Positions 52,324-64,000 of a stretch of DNA of 64,000 nt are shown here, in pieces (position 1 is the first letter of the stretch; each line of letters starts with the position of its first letter). The DNA is taken from the NCBI GenBank assembly GCA_002633005.1, contig NMRA01000282.1:36547-100546 (forward strand), in the 5' to 3' direction. This stretch comes from Phoronis australis (Eukaryota > Animalia > Phoronida). Below the pieces are notes generated by a model. That model saw only the letters and a program-made list of their open reading frames with translations. It searched no databases and was not told where the DNA came from. A program made the translations under genes and the position numbers.

Positions 52324-52790
52324 ACATGGAGTTATAATTAATTAACACATACCCTGACTCATATATCTTGAACCTTAGAAAACCTCGCGGTTCGCTCAAG
52401 TTTCTCTCACAGGGCGCCATTTAGAGGAAGTTAAGTGAAATCACGAACAATAAGTCCAAGGAACACAAATCTTACAAATTCACTTGATATGTTCTCTTGT
52501 TATTTTGCAAGTGTCACGCGCCAGGTCTCCAGCTTCACTCAGTCTCGCGTTAGCCTTTGCCTCATACTCACCTGACCAGTTGAACTACTTTATGGTTATC
52601 GCGCACGTGGTTTAAGTTAACAGTAACCACAATGTGGAGTTGGAATTCTTCGCCAAAGTCACCTGCATTACCGTAGCTCTGCTTCATCAAAGATATGTTT
52701 AGAAGCAGAAACGACCACTGGAGAAAGTAAGCGCCTTTTAGGTGATAATTTTTGATGTAGAATGTATTTTTGACGTGGTGAAAACTTAAT
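52324..52790 (+). repeat. Dispersed repeat; copy of 26655-27140
   Basis: Same collinear motifs as 26655-27140. Confidence 0.85.
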
Positions 52791-53656
52791 CAGTGAGCGG
52801 GTTTCGCCTATCGCCCGTTTAAAATACACGAAACGAAATTAGTACAAAATACGATACAACGTATTGTAGTGTGAATCTGAATTTCATTTGCCATAACAGC
52901 AATGCTTGTTTGGCATTTTTCGAAGTAAACGGCCAAAAAGTGGAATAAAATAACAGACACTCTGCTAACGTATTGGGCAAATGAGCCAAACGACAAGCTT
53001 TTGCCCCACTTCCCGTGACGTCACAGTTAAGTCCCACGTAATCTCGCGTTATTATTATAAACTCGCAAAAGGACTATTGAAGGAAGGTTTAACGACACTG
53101 AAAAAGTAGTCAATGGTCAAAACAAATTAAATGGTGATTTTAAACATTTTAAAGCAATATTGTACCGAGCTGTGAATGAGAACTACCATACGATTTTGCA
53201 AAAAAGCTTCTCTTGAATTGACATAATTGTTCAACGCCTGTTCATGGACAAGAGCAGATTTCTCGACAGCTTCAGGAAGAACTGGGTAGTGTCGCACGTG
53301 TAAGGATGTCGCTAAGGAACACACAAGCTGGCGTTGATAGGGCTTCATTGTCTTTTTTATTAGCTCAATTATTCATTCAGTTATGCACTTCAGTCAGCGA
53401 GGCCTTGCTGTGATAAACCAATGACAACTTTACTCCACAGATAGAGCTGTTTTCAATGTCATTGAAAGGAAATATTGCCATGTGTCTTTGCCTCTGGCAA
53501 CAAAAGTATTGTAGTCAGCTAATTTCAAAGGTCAGGTACTTAGTATACGCACATATAACAGTCCCTTCTAAACACTAGGACAAGTACTACCAGTCATGAA
53601 GCAGATTCTGACAGCAAAAGCACTCTTTTTCTTATTCGTCCTAGGATTTTTTTTTT

Positions 53657-55276
53657 AACAAGAGCAATGTAGAGCGTTGAAATGCGCCCACGAATGCATC
53701 GCAAATGGTGTGCTTTTAGGGTTATTTATTTGTATCATAATAATGGCCACTAGATGGCACAAAAACGAACACTCCATCCAAAAACGGGATCATGCCATAT
53801 TTCATAAAATCTGTCAAGGAACTTCAGAAAAACGAAGGAAAACAGAACAAAATGAAATTTCCACTCATTTGTGGGCACAGCGTCCGTTCGATCCGCCTGA
53901 CAGTCATCGTCTGTTATCTTCACATAAATTCACTTACTAACTTCAATAAAGTTCCTGCAGTGGGTTTTGGAGATACAGTTATGGACGAACAACAAAACAA
54001 AACTAGCACTAGGAGGCGTCACAGTAGTCAGTCGCCATCATCAAACGTCCTCTGCACACTGAAAACATTTAGGCCAATTTTAAAAATCATCCCCAGAACA
54101 ATTTGGTTGATCTAGGGGTCGACACCAAAAACAAGATTTGAAAACAGCAAAAATGGCTACCAGGTGGCGCAAAATACCTCGATTCCATCCAAAAACAGGA
54201 TGCCTAAGATACAGACTGGTAAACATAAAAAACTAAAATTGCCACTAGAGGGCACATCAAAAGTTAGATCTGTCCGAATGTCGTCGTCCTCCGCAAAATT
54301 AAATAAAGATCCTGCAGGAGATACAGCGATGAGCGCAAAAAAAAACAAAACTGCCACTAGGAGGCGCCACAGTAGTCAAACTCCTCGGAAAATCATTTTC
54401 AGCTATCCACTTCATAGTAGAAACATACATGCCAATTTTCACAATTATCCTGAAAGCAGTTTGGTTGATAGACGAGTGGATGCCAAAAAATGAACTCAAA
54501 AACAATAAAAGTGGCCACTAGGTGGCGCAAACTAGGTCGAATCCATCTGAAAACAGAGAGATAGCGTCACCTCATTAACAGATGCCTGTGTGCTAAATTT
54601 TATGAAAATACGTTGAGGACCTTTTGAACACACAGAGGTAAATGTAAAAAGATGAAATTGCCACTGGGTGGCACACCAGTAGTCAGATCCATCCAAAAGT
54701 TGTTGTCGTCCGTTGTCAACATCATATAAATACACTTACTAAATTTAGTAAAGATCCTTCAAACGGTTTAGAAGATAAAGCCATAGGCGCAAAAAAAACA
54801 AAACTGCCACTAGGAGGCGCCACAGTTATTCGAAATCGTCGGAAAATCATCGTCAGCCGTTCACTTCATAGTCAGAACATATGTGCTAATTTTCACAATC
54901 ATCTTTCGAGTGGTTTAGTTGATAGAGGGGTGGACGAAAAAAGTGAAAATGGCCACTAGGTAGCGCAAACTACGTTGAATCCATCCGAAAACGGAGGACA
55001 GTGTCATCTCACTAATAGGTGCCTATATACTAAATTTTATGAAAATCCGATCAGATAGAGGTAAACGTAAAAAACTAAAATTGCCACTAGGTGGCACACG
55101 GGTAGTCCAAACCGTCCGAAAGTTTGCTCATGCCGTCCCATCCACGGTAGGAACAAATGTGCAAAATTTCATGAAGATACATCCAGGCACTTTAGAGATA
55201 GCCCAGTGGATGCCGGACGGACGGCCAGAGATGACGGCATAATGCGTCCACATATAAATATGTGGGTGCATAAAAA
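53657..55276 (-). mobile_element. Non-autonomous Helentron-associated element (HINE/DINE-1-like) with internal tandem repeats
   Basis: Sub-TIRs ATGCGCCCAC (53682) and GTGGGTGCAT (55262); terminal hairpin 55242-55271; short (CGGA)n at 55213; AACAAGA end beside a T run; internal higher-order repeats of ~420-450 bp. Confidence 0.8.
53746..55097 (+). promoter_or_regulatory. Array of 10 CTCF-like motifs (consensus GCCACTAGGTGGCGC)
   Basis: Motifs start at 53746, 54006, 54156, 54241, 54353, 54514, 54660, 54806, 54952 and 55083, all on the + strand. Confidence 0.6.
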
Positions 55277-56171
55277 TTCAAACAGTTTACAAACAGTAAT
55301 TTAAAAAAATATTAGATTAGTGATTGGTATTGAACCTGTTTTGAGAATGATTGACAAGCCAAGATATAGCATACTTGGTTCCTGTCTGTGCTTTTTAAAG
55401 ATAGGTCCTTTTATATGGTATTTTATTTATCAAACTTTTTTTCTTGTTTGAATTTACATTTTTTTTCAAAAGCACACAATTTCATTTTCCATATTTCAAT
55501 CCTTACACAAGATACCATTCTAAAGCCATAGTTTTACACAGCCTGGAGCAAATGGTAGCATACTTTAAAAACCAAATCACCCAGCCTTCACTGCTGCTGA
55601 CAAGTGTTGTAACTGACAAATGAAACTTCGAAAAAAACTTTCAAAACCCTAGTTTTGAAGCAAATTGAAGGCTTTGATTCAAGTTAGAATGTTTATTTAC
55701 TGATAACAATGGACAAAAGACAACACGCTCAGAGACCCCTGGTGTCAAAAACAAGTGACAGCTTATGTATAGCTCAAGCAAGTGTTATAAATATGTAATC
55801 ACTGCCACCAAAAATGGAAAATTTGAAAGTATATTGATCCCCTTTGCAGTGATCTACTCACAAAAATGTCCATTTACCCCACGGTGACTATCACCAAAAG
55901 TGATGTCATAGAAAACAACCTCTTTTGGGGGAAAAATGATTTGTTGCCATCAAAAATGAACAAATAATTTCCTAAGATGTGATCTCCTCAAAACGTCTTC
56001 TTAAATGTTAAAGATATGCAAACTCCCTTCATTCGCTGATAAGAGCCGATTGTAGTCGGCTGAAAGGTTCGAACTTGTCCCCTAGTAAATGAGTTTACAT
56101 ATTTCAACATGACATTAAAAGACAATGAACAAACTTTTTCATCATATCTCCTTAAATGTTCACTGCCGTTA

Positions 56172-56280
56172 TCACCGACTGAATGGTGGTGTCATGGAAA
56201 CGACTTCTTTTGGTGAAAAATGATTTAGTCCATTTATAGTCCAGTCATCTTCCACACCTCTGGTAAACTCCCTGATGAAC
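56172..56280 (-). CDS. MAIP1: MAIP1 last coding exon
   Basis: Encodes FIREFTRGVEDDWTINGLNH, matching the recalled human FQREFTQGVKPDWTI; stop TGA. Total 312 aa. Confidence 0.92.
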
Positions 56281-57978
56281 CTGGAATTAAAGAAAACCTT
56301 CTGAATGACTGAGGAACTCAACATATTTTTTAAAAGTTCCGCAGGAATTCCAGATTCTCAAAGTTGAACACATGCAAAGACCAGTTTGTTAGAACACCTC
56401 CAAATTAGAACTATTAGAACAAAGATAAAGATTAGTAAGTCTATTATAAAGCCCTTATGATTCAGAATTTATTGATGAATAGACGATATAATGGTAGATT
56501 TAAAGCCAGACGGCACAATACCTGCTGTTTTGCATTATTTTGGAAATTTTTCACTTCATTTAATAAATATCCAAATAGTACACAACTTCATATTCCTGAC
56601 ATGTTTCGAGGTGTACTGCTCATTCTCCCAGGTACAAGAACCACCATGACGTTAAATTTCAATGTCACAAGTAAAAGGTCATGCAGCCGTGAGACATGAT
56701 AGGTCAATAACATAAAGGTAAACAAGACTACTCTAGACAATAACTTTAAAACAATGTGAGACCAAGGTGGTCACTTGCACATTCAGGGATTGTTTTAACC
56801 AATGAATGTACAAGAACTCTTTAAGTGCAGTCTGAAGTCTGTCCTCGCACCGTCAAAGATACTAAAATTGTACAGAGCATTCTGACATGCATACTGGGTG
56901 ATCGTGCAGATGTTTGAAGATGTCAGAACCTGTGACAGACACATGCTCAGATATACCTGTATTCAGATGTCAATGTGTTTCACCAACATAACAGGCACAA
57001 TAGCCTGCTCAGCAGAATTCATACACGACATGTGAGCGTGTGCACAACGGCAAATGGTTTTTAGGTGAAAACAGACTACTGATCTTAAAGCTTGTGAGTT
57101 TCAGAAGTGTGTCAAGAATTTGGTCGCATAATGCTATAGAAAAATCAGTTTCCAGCAACTCTGGCTTATAATCTATATATTAATTATCTTTCTGGGTTGA
57201 CACACACAATACCAGTAGTGTTGGAGGGGGGTTATACATAAAACATTACATTGTCCCATACATAGGACAGTTTTCTGCAATTACACAAAATTGTATCTTC
57301 AAAAGCGCTATTGTGTTGGTCTAAAATTTGTTTGGCTTTCACTAGCACACACATATGGGTTGTATATTCATCTAGGCTTATACATAGGAATCTACACTGT
57401 CCATTCTCAGACCTGTATATAATATGTAAACTTCGTGTTAAAAATCCGTATTTTGCAAGGCTAGTGAAAACATTTTTAGCAACTTTCAATCTCAATTGAA
57501 ACAATTTTCAATTTCGAGACATGTTTAACCAATTCCTGATCAATGGCGATGTACTCAGCTCTGAAGTCAGCAAAACAAAAATAAGTGAATTCCTTTTCCC
57601 ATTTTTTAAACATAATCTAACTCCTTGGAATACTCAGCTCCAAAATTACACTCTAAACATCTTAATGCGATCTATAAAGATGATATCCCATAATGTAAAG
57701 CCACGTAAAAGTGTATTTTTCACTGAACAGTCCTTCACAAAGCAACTGCATTTGACCAATCAGGAAATGGAAATCCTGTTTGCAAATTGCACTATACATC
57801 ACTGCTCAATCTTCGCCAATCAGGCACTTTGAAATGCTGATAAATTAAAGGATATTTTTAACTTTCACCTGATCCCTAACATTTGAATTCGTGTAATGTA
57901 GTGATTTGCTGGGTCCTATTACGTAGAATGCAGATAAACCCATAGCAGTTGGCAGACCTACATTCCACACGCTCTCAC

Positions 57979-58111
57979 CTGTAGTTACATATAAAGATGT
58001 CTTCCTGCCTCGCAGGGATTTCTTGAAAGTAATTCTCAGGGTCATCCTCCCTCATCTTGTGCAAGCCGTGTAAACCTTGAAACACCACTGTAATCTCCAC
58101 GTACCTCTGAT
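57979..58111 (-). CDS. MAIP1: MAIP1 coding exon 3
   Basis: Not in the ORF track frame. Encodes QRYVEITVVFQG...IFICNY(R); AG|GTGAG donor; phases consistent. Confidence 0.88.
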
Positions 58112-58189
58112 CTAAACACAGAAGAGCTAAACTAGGTCATACGTGTTCTTTAATGTGGCAATTATGCCTTTAGCTGGCCAAAAAATGAA

Positions 58190-58470
58190 AATGGAATAGG
58201 GTTTTCACTATAAAATCGGTCTCATAATATTCCTTTCTGTAACAGGATTCTACTTCCAATACCAACAGCGACACAATTTATTGGTGTTAGCCAACCCTTA
58301 AAATGTGAATTAAAAAATGGCTTGAATTTTAAAATGGCGCATGTACGCATTGCCCGTGACTTGAGTACATGCACACCTTGTATGTGATTTGAGTTGGTAA
58401 CGGAAGTAGAATCCTGCTAAGGAATATTAATATTAAGGACTGATTTACCAAGAGTAAAATGCCTAATTCG
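58190..58470. mobile_element. Degenerate palindromic MITE in MAIP1 intron
   Basis: AATATTCCTT..CAGGATTCTACTTCC..ACCAAC (58227-58266) inverted against GTTGGT..GGAAGTAGAATCCTG..AAGGAATATT (58393-58428). Confidence 0.6.
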
Positions 58471-59889
58471 ATTTTTGTGTCTATCCAGCAACAGAGCAAA
58501 ATGACACTTTAATTACATTTGGCATACGTTTCATACAGAATTATCCATAAGCCAAGCCAGAGCGGCACGGTATTTGATCTACAAAACATTCCAAAAGAAT
58601 TCTTGCCTAGCAGAGACAACTCCATGATCATGACCAGAAGGGAGGGACAATAGATTGACAGAGTTCTCCACAGGTGTTACAGCGGTGTACTCACTTTTAT
58701 CTTCCACTGTTGATTTTGCACCTTCTTTAACACCCCTTTATAAACTTGTTTAGCCAGCTGTTAAGAACTTTGATATCCCACAGTACATGGTGTAAAAACC
58801 CATCTCATTTTGATTCAAACGCTTAGATTCTAGCAAAATGTTAAGATTTCAACAAAATACAGGAAAAGAGCTCCAAAAGTTTCTCAAGGTAGACTCCCAA
58901 ACCCCTCACTGAGAGGCAGAGAACCTCAACCATACTTAAAAACAAACAAAATTTCATCCGTCTATGATACATTTCTGCCCTCTTTTAATTTGGAAAGTGG
59001 AAAACAATGTAACATGGATCAAGCCAGAAAAGTTTCCATAAGCCTATCAAATGTAAGGCTGGAACAAATCTAGTCCATTCAAAGGCAGACTCTTTCTTCA
59101 TGCAAATTTTCTTCTTATTTGTAATTATAAAACTGGAAACTATTTTTGCTCCCAGTACTCCATATTCTGTACACTACAAATTGTTTAAAAGTTGATGGAC
59201 CCGAGTTAAGTGAACAAGATGATAAAATCAATTTGTTGTATGTTAATTCATTGAACTGGGTGCCAAGTACTCCCAATCCACATGTCCTTGAATTTTCTAG
59301 CAGTTACTGAAAAATTTAATCTGTGTCTCCAGTAAAGTTTGAAACACTGACAATCAAATGTCAATGGCCTCAACACGTTTGTGGAAAAAATGACAAACTT
59401 TGTGAAAAGTCATAAAATCTCGTCTGTTTTCAATTCCAAACAATTCAACATTGGTAAAAAAAAGGACTCGGCTACATAAAAGGCTTACTTCAAAATAATT
59501 TTGTTTCTCCTCTAAAATACATAGGTTGGAAGGTAAAACATTTCATCACTTTTTTCCTTTTCATTGTTAAAGCATCCTCTTTTTGTAATAAAAACTGTTA
59601 TTCTACAGATTGCAAATAAAATGTCATTCCATCTTGCATGAGGTAAACAAATATAATTTGTGTCCAAACTTAAGGGTATTTTTACCAATTTGCTGTGTCC
59701 TATAGAGACTAGTGGTACAGCATCACAACACATGTCAAAACCCAGCGGCAAGTAAATGAGGTCAGAGAACTGCCCTTTTGATGTGAAGTGAATATGAATG
59801 TAAATTAAGAAGTCTACAGGTGGATTGCCCTTAATCTGTTCCCAGTCACGTGCAATCTCATAATGCATCGCATAGTTTCAATTTCTTAC

Positions 59890-60091
59890 TCGTGGTGTCA
59901 TCGAACATCATCCCAATTTCGTAAACGAATCGCAGGAAGAAATCTTGTGGGTCCACAGCAATCGAGCGCCTCTGCTTCGCACTAAGTTTTGAGTAGTTGT
60001 CCTTGATTTCAGAGACAGCATCGTCAGTGACCAAATGTTTCAATTCATTCCACTTTGCATCAGATATCAGCGATGATACCACTTTGGTTGC
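59890..60091 (-). CDS. MAIP1: MAIP1 coding exon 2
   Basis: Encodes ATKVVSSLIS...LKHLVTDDAV...EIGMMFDD; A|GTAAG donor. Confidence 0.9.
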
Positions 60092-61706
60092 CTAAAATAA
60101 AAACGAAATTGTGCAAACAGATAGCTATTATAACTGTTCTATCTAGATAGACCTACACTACAGTAGAGGACAAAGGTAAAAAGACAAAATTCCATTTCAC
60201 CGTTATACTGTTAACAGCAAAAAGGACTAGTAATGATTTTCATGTTGGCAAAATTCTAACAACAGAATGGATTGCCCACCTGTCTAACTTTGGAGGTCAG
60301 GTTTGTTGTTCGCTTGGCTCAACCAGGTAAGTAGTCAAGGGGAATGCAGGACAGGGCCTTCATTCATTTCAGGTGAAAGGCGTCTGTGCTTTCTAAAAGG
60401 GTGATTTATGCGAAGTTTTTTACTAAGTGTGGAATATTGTTGGTGTTTTCTTTGACAATGGTATATATACATGTACTCTTTCACAAATAAGCAAATATCA
60501 ACAAGTATCAACCTTCAGTAAGAACACAGTTACTGTTCCATTCACCATTTATGTGTACAAGAACGAGTGGAGATGAGGACCTGTTGTCACACTGCCCAGA
60601 CACAATGTTACATTTTTGCACAAGCCCAGAACAACGCGAATTGCAGGTAAACATCTCATCAGGGAAAGGAATTTTAGCTTAAACAATGTTTGTTATCTCT
60701 CACAACAGTGAGGCTTAACATTTGCCATTCTGTCCTTCTTGGACCTGAAATGGCCAAAAGTAATGTTTAATTGCAGTGAATAGTCCTGATGAGCTGTTTG
60801 TGTGAGGTCTGCTTGCGACTGCTTCTGATAAGAGTGCCCAGCAAGTTCATCAGTAAAATGATGTGGTCCTGTAGGCTTCTTTGTTCTGCCGCATAGCTTT
60901 TTATAATTGTTCTCCTATAGAACTTGTTTGCACGACATTTTCGGCCACAGAAACACATTCGTTTTCTTTTAGTTTTATGTTTTCAATAAGTGAGTGTGGA
61001 ATATCACAAAACAGGTTAGAGTACTCCTGTATGCGGCACATGCTTTATAAGGAAACCAGTCTGTGATGTTTCGAGAGTCTGGCAACTGGTGACTGGAGTC
61101 AGCAAGTTCAAATTATGACATTTTCAAGTTAAAATCATCAGGGTAATTCTTGATCATTGAAAGGAGACTTTCTTGATCTGATAAGAATTTTGTGTGATTT
61201 TTGAAAATTTGTGAGAGGGGGTTGGGGCCAGTATTCAGCCTCAATGTCCAGGGCCCTGCAGGGAGATTTCGGCCCTCATTTTTTTGCATGAAGGGAGGCT
61301 TCCACCATGTTGCATAGTAAATTTCACCCTGGTTTCATTTCTCGGTAATCCTGCATTTTCGGCATCCAATTATCCAAATTGACAGGAAGTGATGAAAACC
61401 AGTCCATCTACTGGATTATACCAGTTATTCAGTGGAATAAAGTAGTTCTCAATAACTGAACGATTAATTTAAGAACCAGTTACTTTAAGTACTGAACCAC
61501 AGTGGGAGTAACTGTTTCACAATTTACTTTTAAATCAAGGACCGACCACTCCAACTATTGCCATTACCAAATACATGATTACCCACCTCTCTGGTTGTTT
61601 CATGCCCAGCAGGCTATACCACTGCCACTGCCACATGGAGTACTTGTTGTCTGAATTTTGTACCGACTTCGCAAATATTACCACAGACACTCAGAGTAAT
61701 AGTTAC

Positions 61707-62201
61707 CTGTTCAGCACCACTCAAGAAGTTTGTCTGCGAAAATGATTTGTCGTAGAAGTTAGTTATCAGGAACTTGAAAAACCTGTTCCTCACAGATTTC
61801 AAGAGATGTGGCCACACAATTTCTCTCATGTTCATCAGCTTTAGATAAACTCTACTTTTATCATCATTCCTATTATCAGATGATAGTTGCCGATATTGGA
61901 TCAAAAGGCACTGAGCACTTCTGCTAGAGAATGTTGTGTGGGGTAAATTAAATGTAGTAGAGTGTCCAGGCAGGCAGGGGGCGCTCAGTCGGCAGTAATT
62001 TCTGTTCCAGATCGTTGGAAAGTTAGTGCGTTGGTTGGGTTGCTGATCAAAACTTCTAACACCAATGCAAGTGGAAATGTGACGAGTCTGTACAGGTTCT
62101 ACGAGTGGTATCCCTGTAGGTAGACTTCTAGGCGTAAAGGCACCAGTGTTTGAGGAACAAGCCACTCTGTAACATCCGACGAGCTTCTTGATCGCAGCCA
62201 T
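61707..62201 (-). CDS. MAIP1: MAIP1 (m-AAA protease-interacting protein 1, C2orf47) coding exon 1 with mitochondrial presequence
   Basis: aaaATGG start; Arg/Ser-rich N-terminus; encodes FLITNFYDKSFSQTNFLSGAEQ; GTAAC donor. Confidence 0.88.
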
Positions 62202-63029
62202 TTTTGCTTCAGTAATTATCTCCAAACGCTAAAGAGTAAGCTACAAAAAAATCACAATAATCAATCAACAATGGCCGATATCACTAAAATATTTTACTAG
62301 CACTAATTATCTAATATCCTTTCCATTATTGTGCTACAATTACAACCACATTTACCACCGATGCTTTGATAATCGGAGGTTGTGTCCACCATAGGCATCC
62401 TAGCTAGGCACTCATCAAAACTTGCTATTGCCGATGCACATTCTTTCATAGGCGTTTTATGTGTTTGTTTATGTTTTTGCAGTGGGAGTGATATTGGTCC
62501 TAGGTTTACGATATCAATGGCATTATATACCACACACATCTGCAATTCCTGATTTTGTTTGGAGATTTTTGAGGGAAAAGGTATTACTCAGTTTACAATG
62601 TATTGAATTTGAGTGTTGACCTCATCCTAGATAATACTGATAATAGAGTCAGAGCTTCATCCGTTCACTGACTGACTGCCAGTGCCACTGGCAGGTAGGC
62701 AAGAAGTAGTCAATTGGCTGGCAGACGAGATGCTACAACATTCTCCATCAGTCTCTGTTAATTTCATCACCTTGTATTTCAAATAAGTAATAGTCCAAAA
62801 CCGGTCACCAAATACTAGTAAGTGGTTAATTTTCGACCTTTTGTCAAAAATGCATTTTACACTTAAAACTGTCACCTAAAACGCACTTATTTACTTTCGT
62901 CATCAGTCCTTTCTGGTTCTGTGCATGTCTTCGATGCAGCATGTCTACTGGAATTGAGGTGGCGAAGAATTCCAGCGCCACTTTTATCGCTGTTAACTTT
63001 TTTGCCACGTACAATAACAGTATTTCAAT

Positions 63030-63037
63030 TGACGTCA
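63030..63037. promoter_or_regulatory. CRE (TGACGTCA) in the probable MAIP1 promoter
   Basis: Palindromic CRE in a CpG-rich patch ~150 bp upstream of a candidate 5' UTR donor (~62875). Confidence 0.4.
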
Positions 63038-64000
63038 CGCAAGCGACTGAGTGAAGCGCAGGACTTGTCAGCGTGGGAGTATATCTGGAGGAACTTGTAA
63101 TATTGTGTCATTGGACATTTTTTTCGTGAACTGCTATATTTTGCGTGACTTCCTCAAAACGACACCCGGCGAGGGAATCTCGTGGATATGTTCAAATTAT
63201 GTTGACTAAATTGTCTCTAGAGTCTAGTGTCATGGTTTGTGTTAATTATTACTCAGTGTGTTACGTGCATGTTCCATTCAGTGTTATTCACTGTATTTTG
63301 AAATGAGTAACCTTTTATGGAGACAAAATATTGCCTGTGGACGCCTGCGGCCTGTGGCCATTTGGTTGGGAGAATTGTAAAGAGGGCTTGAATCTTTTGG
63401 CCCCCTTCTAAATCTGTTTTTGGTTTAATGTTCGTGCCTCATATTGCACTTTTGACAGCTGCTGCTTACCATGATTTGGAAAATAAAAATAATAAGCAAG
63501 GACAATGGGGCTATTCGGAGAATTCTCCTCGCGGTGTCGCTGCTGTACTAGTGGTGATTGAATTGCGCATGCGTCGCTGTCTGCATGTAAACAACTGGTA
63601 AAATATGGAATTTTTATCAAAATACGTCGTCGCGCTAAGCTTTATTACTGCTAATTTCCCTGGTGCAAGTCTTCAACAGGTGGCCACAAATTCCCAAAAA
63701 GACCTAAGGTTACTATATTCGTGGATAATTGCGGTCAACGGGGTCAACTAACTGACAAAAAGTGTGTGGATGCTGAAGCCCCGTGTGTGCTCTATGACTA
63801 TGCAGTTCCATTCGGAGACTACACAACATTACTTGGTAAGTTTTTAGCAATCAGTTTCTATCAACATCGTTCGGTGATGTTATCCCCACCAGTTACCCCA
63901 CTGAATAACAGTTTTATTGAGTGGAACTAAGTGTTTCTTTTTGGAAACTCACCCGATGCCGGGTAGGCTAGCAGCACATATTCATATTGTCCTGGGTGGG

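Noticed and set aside
52178-53216. 141-bp direct repeats (52178-52318 and 53076-53216) resembling LTRs
   Set aside because: The first copy ends exactly at the N at 52319 and there are no TG..CA ends or PBS. Most likely a haplotype or contig-join artefact.
53677-55242. ORFs inside the HINE element (up to 109 aa)
   Set aside because: Repeat-derived; no Rep or helicase motifs.

Overview
Animal genomic DNA (AT-rich, spliceosomal introns; probably a marine bilaterian invertebrate, which is an inference). Five protein-coding genes were assembled by hand from splice sites and reading-frame phase. (1) hedgehog (+): exons 2-3 only; exon 1 lies upstream of the window. (2) JMJD4 (-): 7 coding exons, 447 aa. 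(3) A CNPase-like gene (+) with a P-loop kinase-like domain and a 2H phosphoesterase. It has a frameshift at the domain junction, a GC-AG intron, a ~100-aa insert and no CaaX tail. (4) An uncharacterised ~630-aa gene (-) with a Cys/His cluster. (5) MAIP1/C2orf47 (-): 4 coding exons, 312 aa. The non-coding DNA holds many MITEs (several with CA..TG ends and 5-bp TSDs), tRNA-derived pieces and minisatellites. It also holds a 1.6-kb Helentron/HINE-type element whose internal repeats carry 10 same-orientation CTCF-like motifs. All homology calls come from recalled motifs, not database searches.
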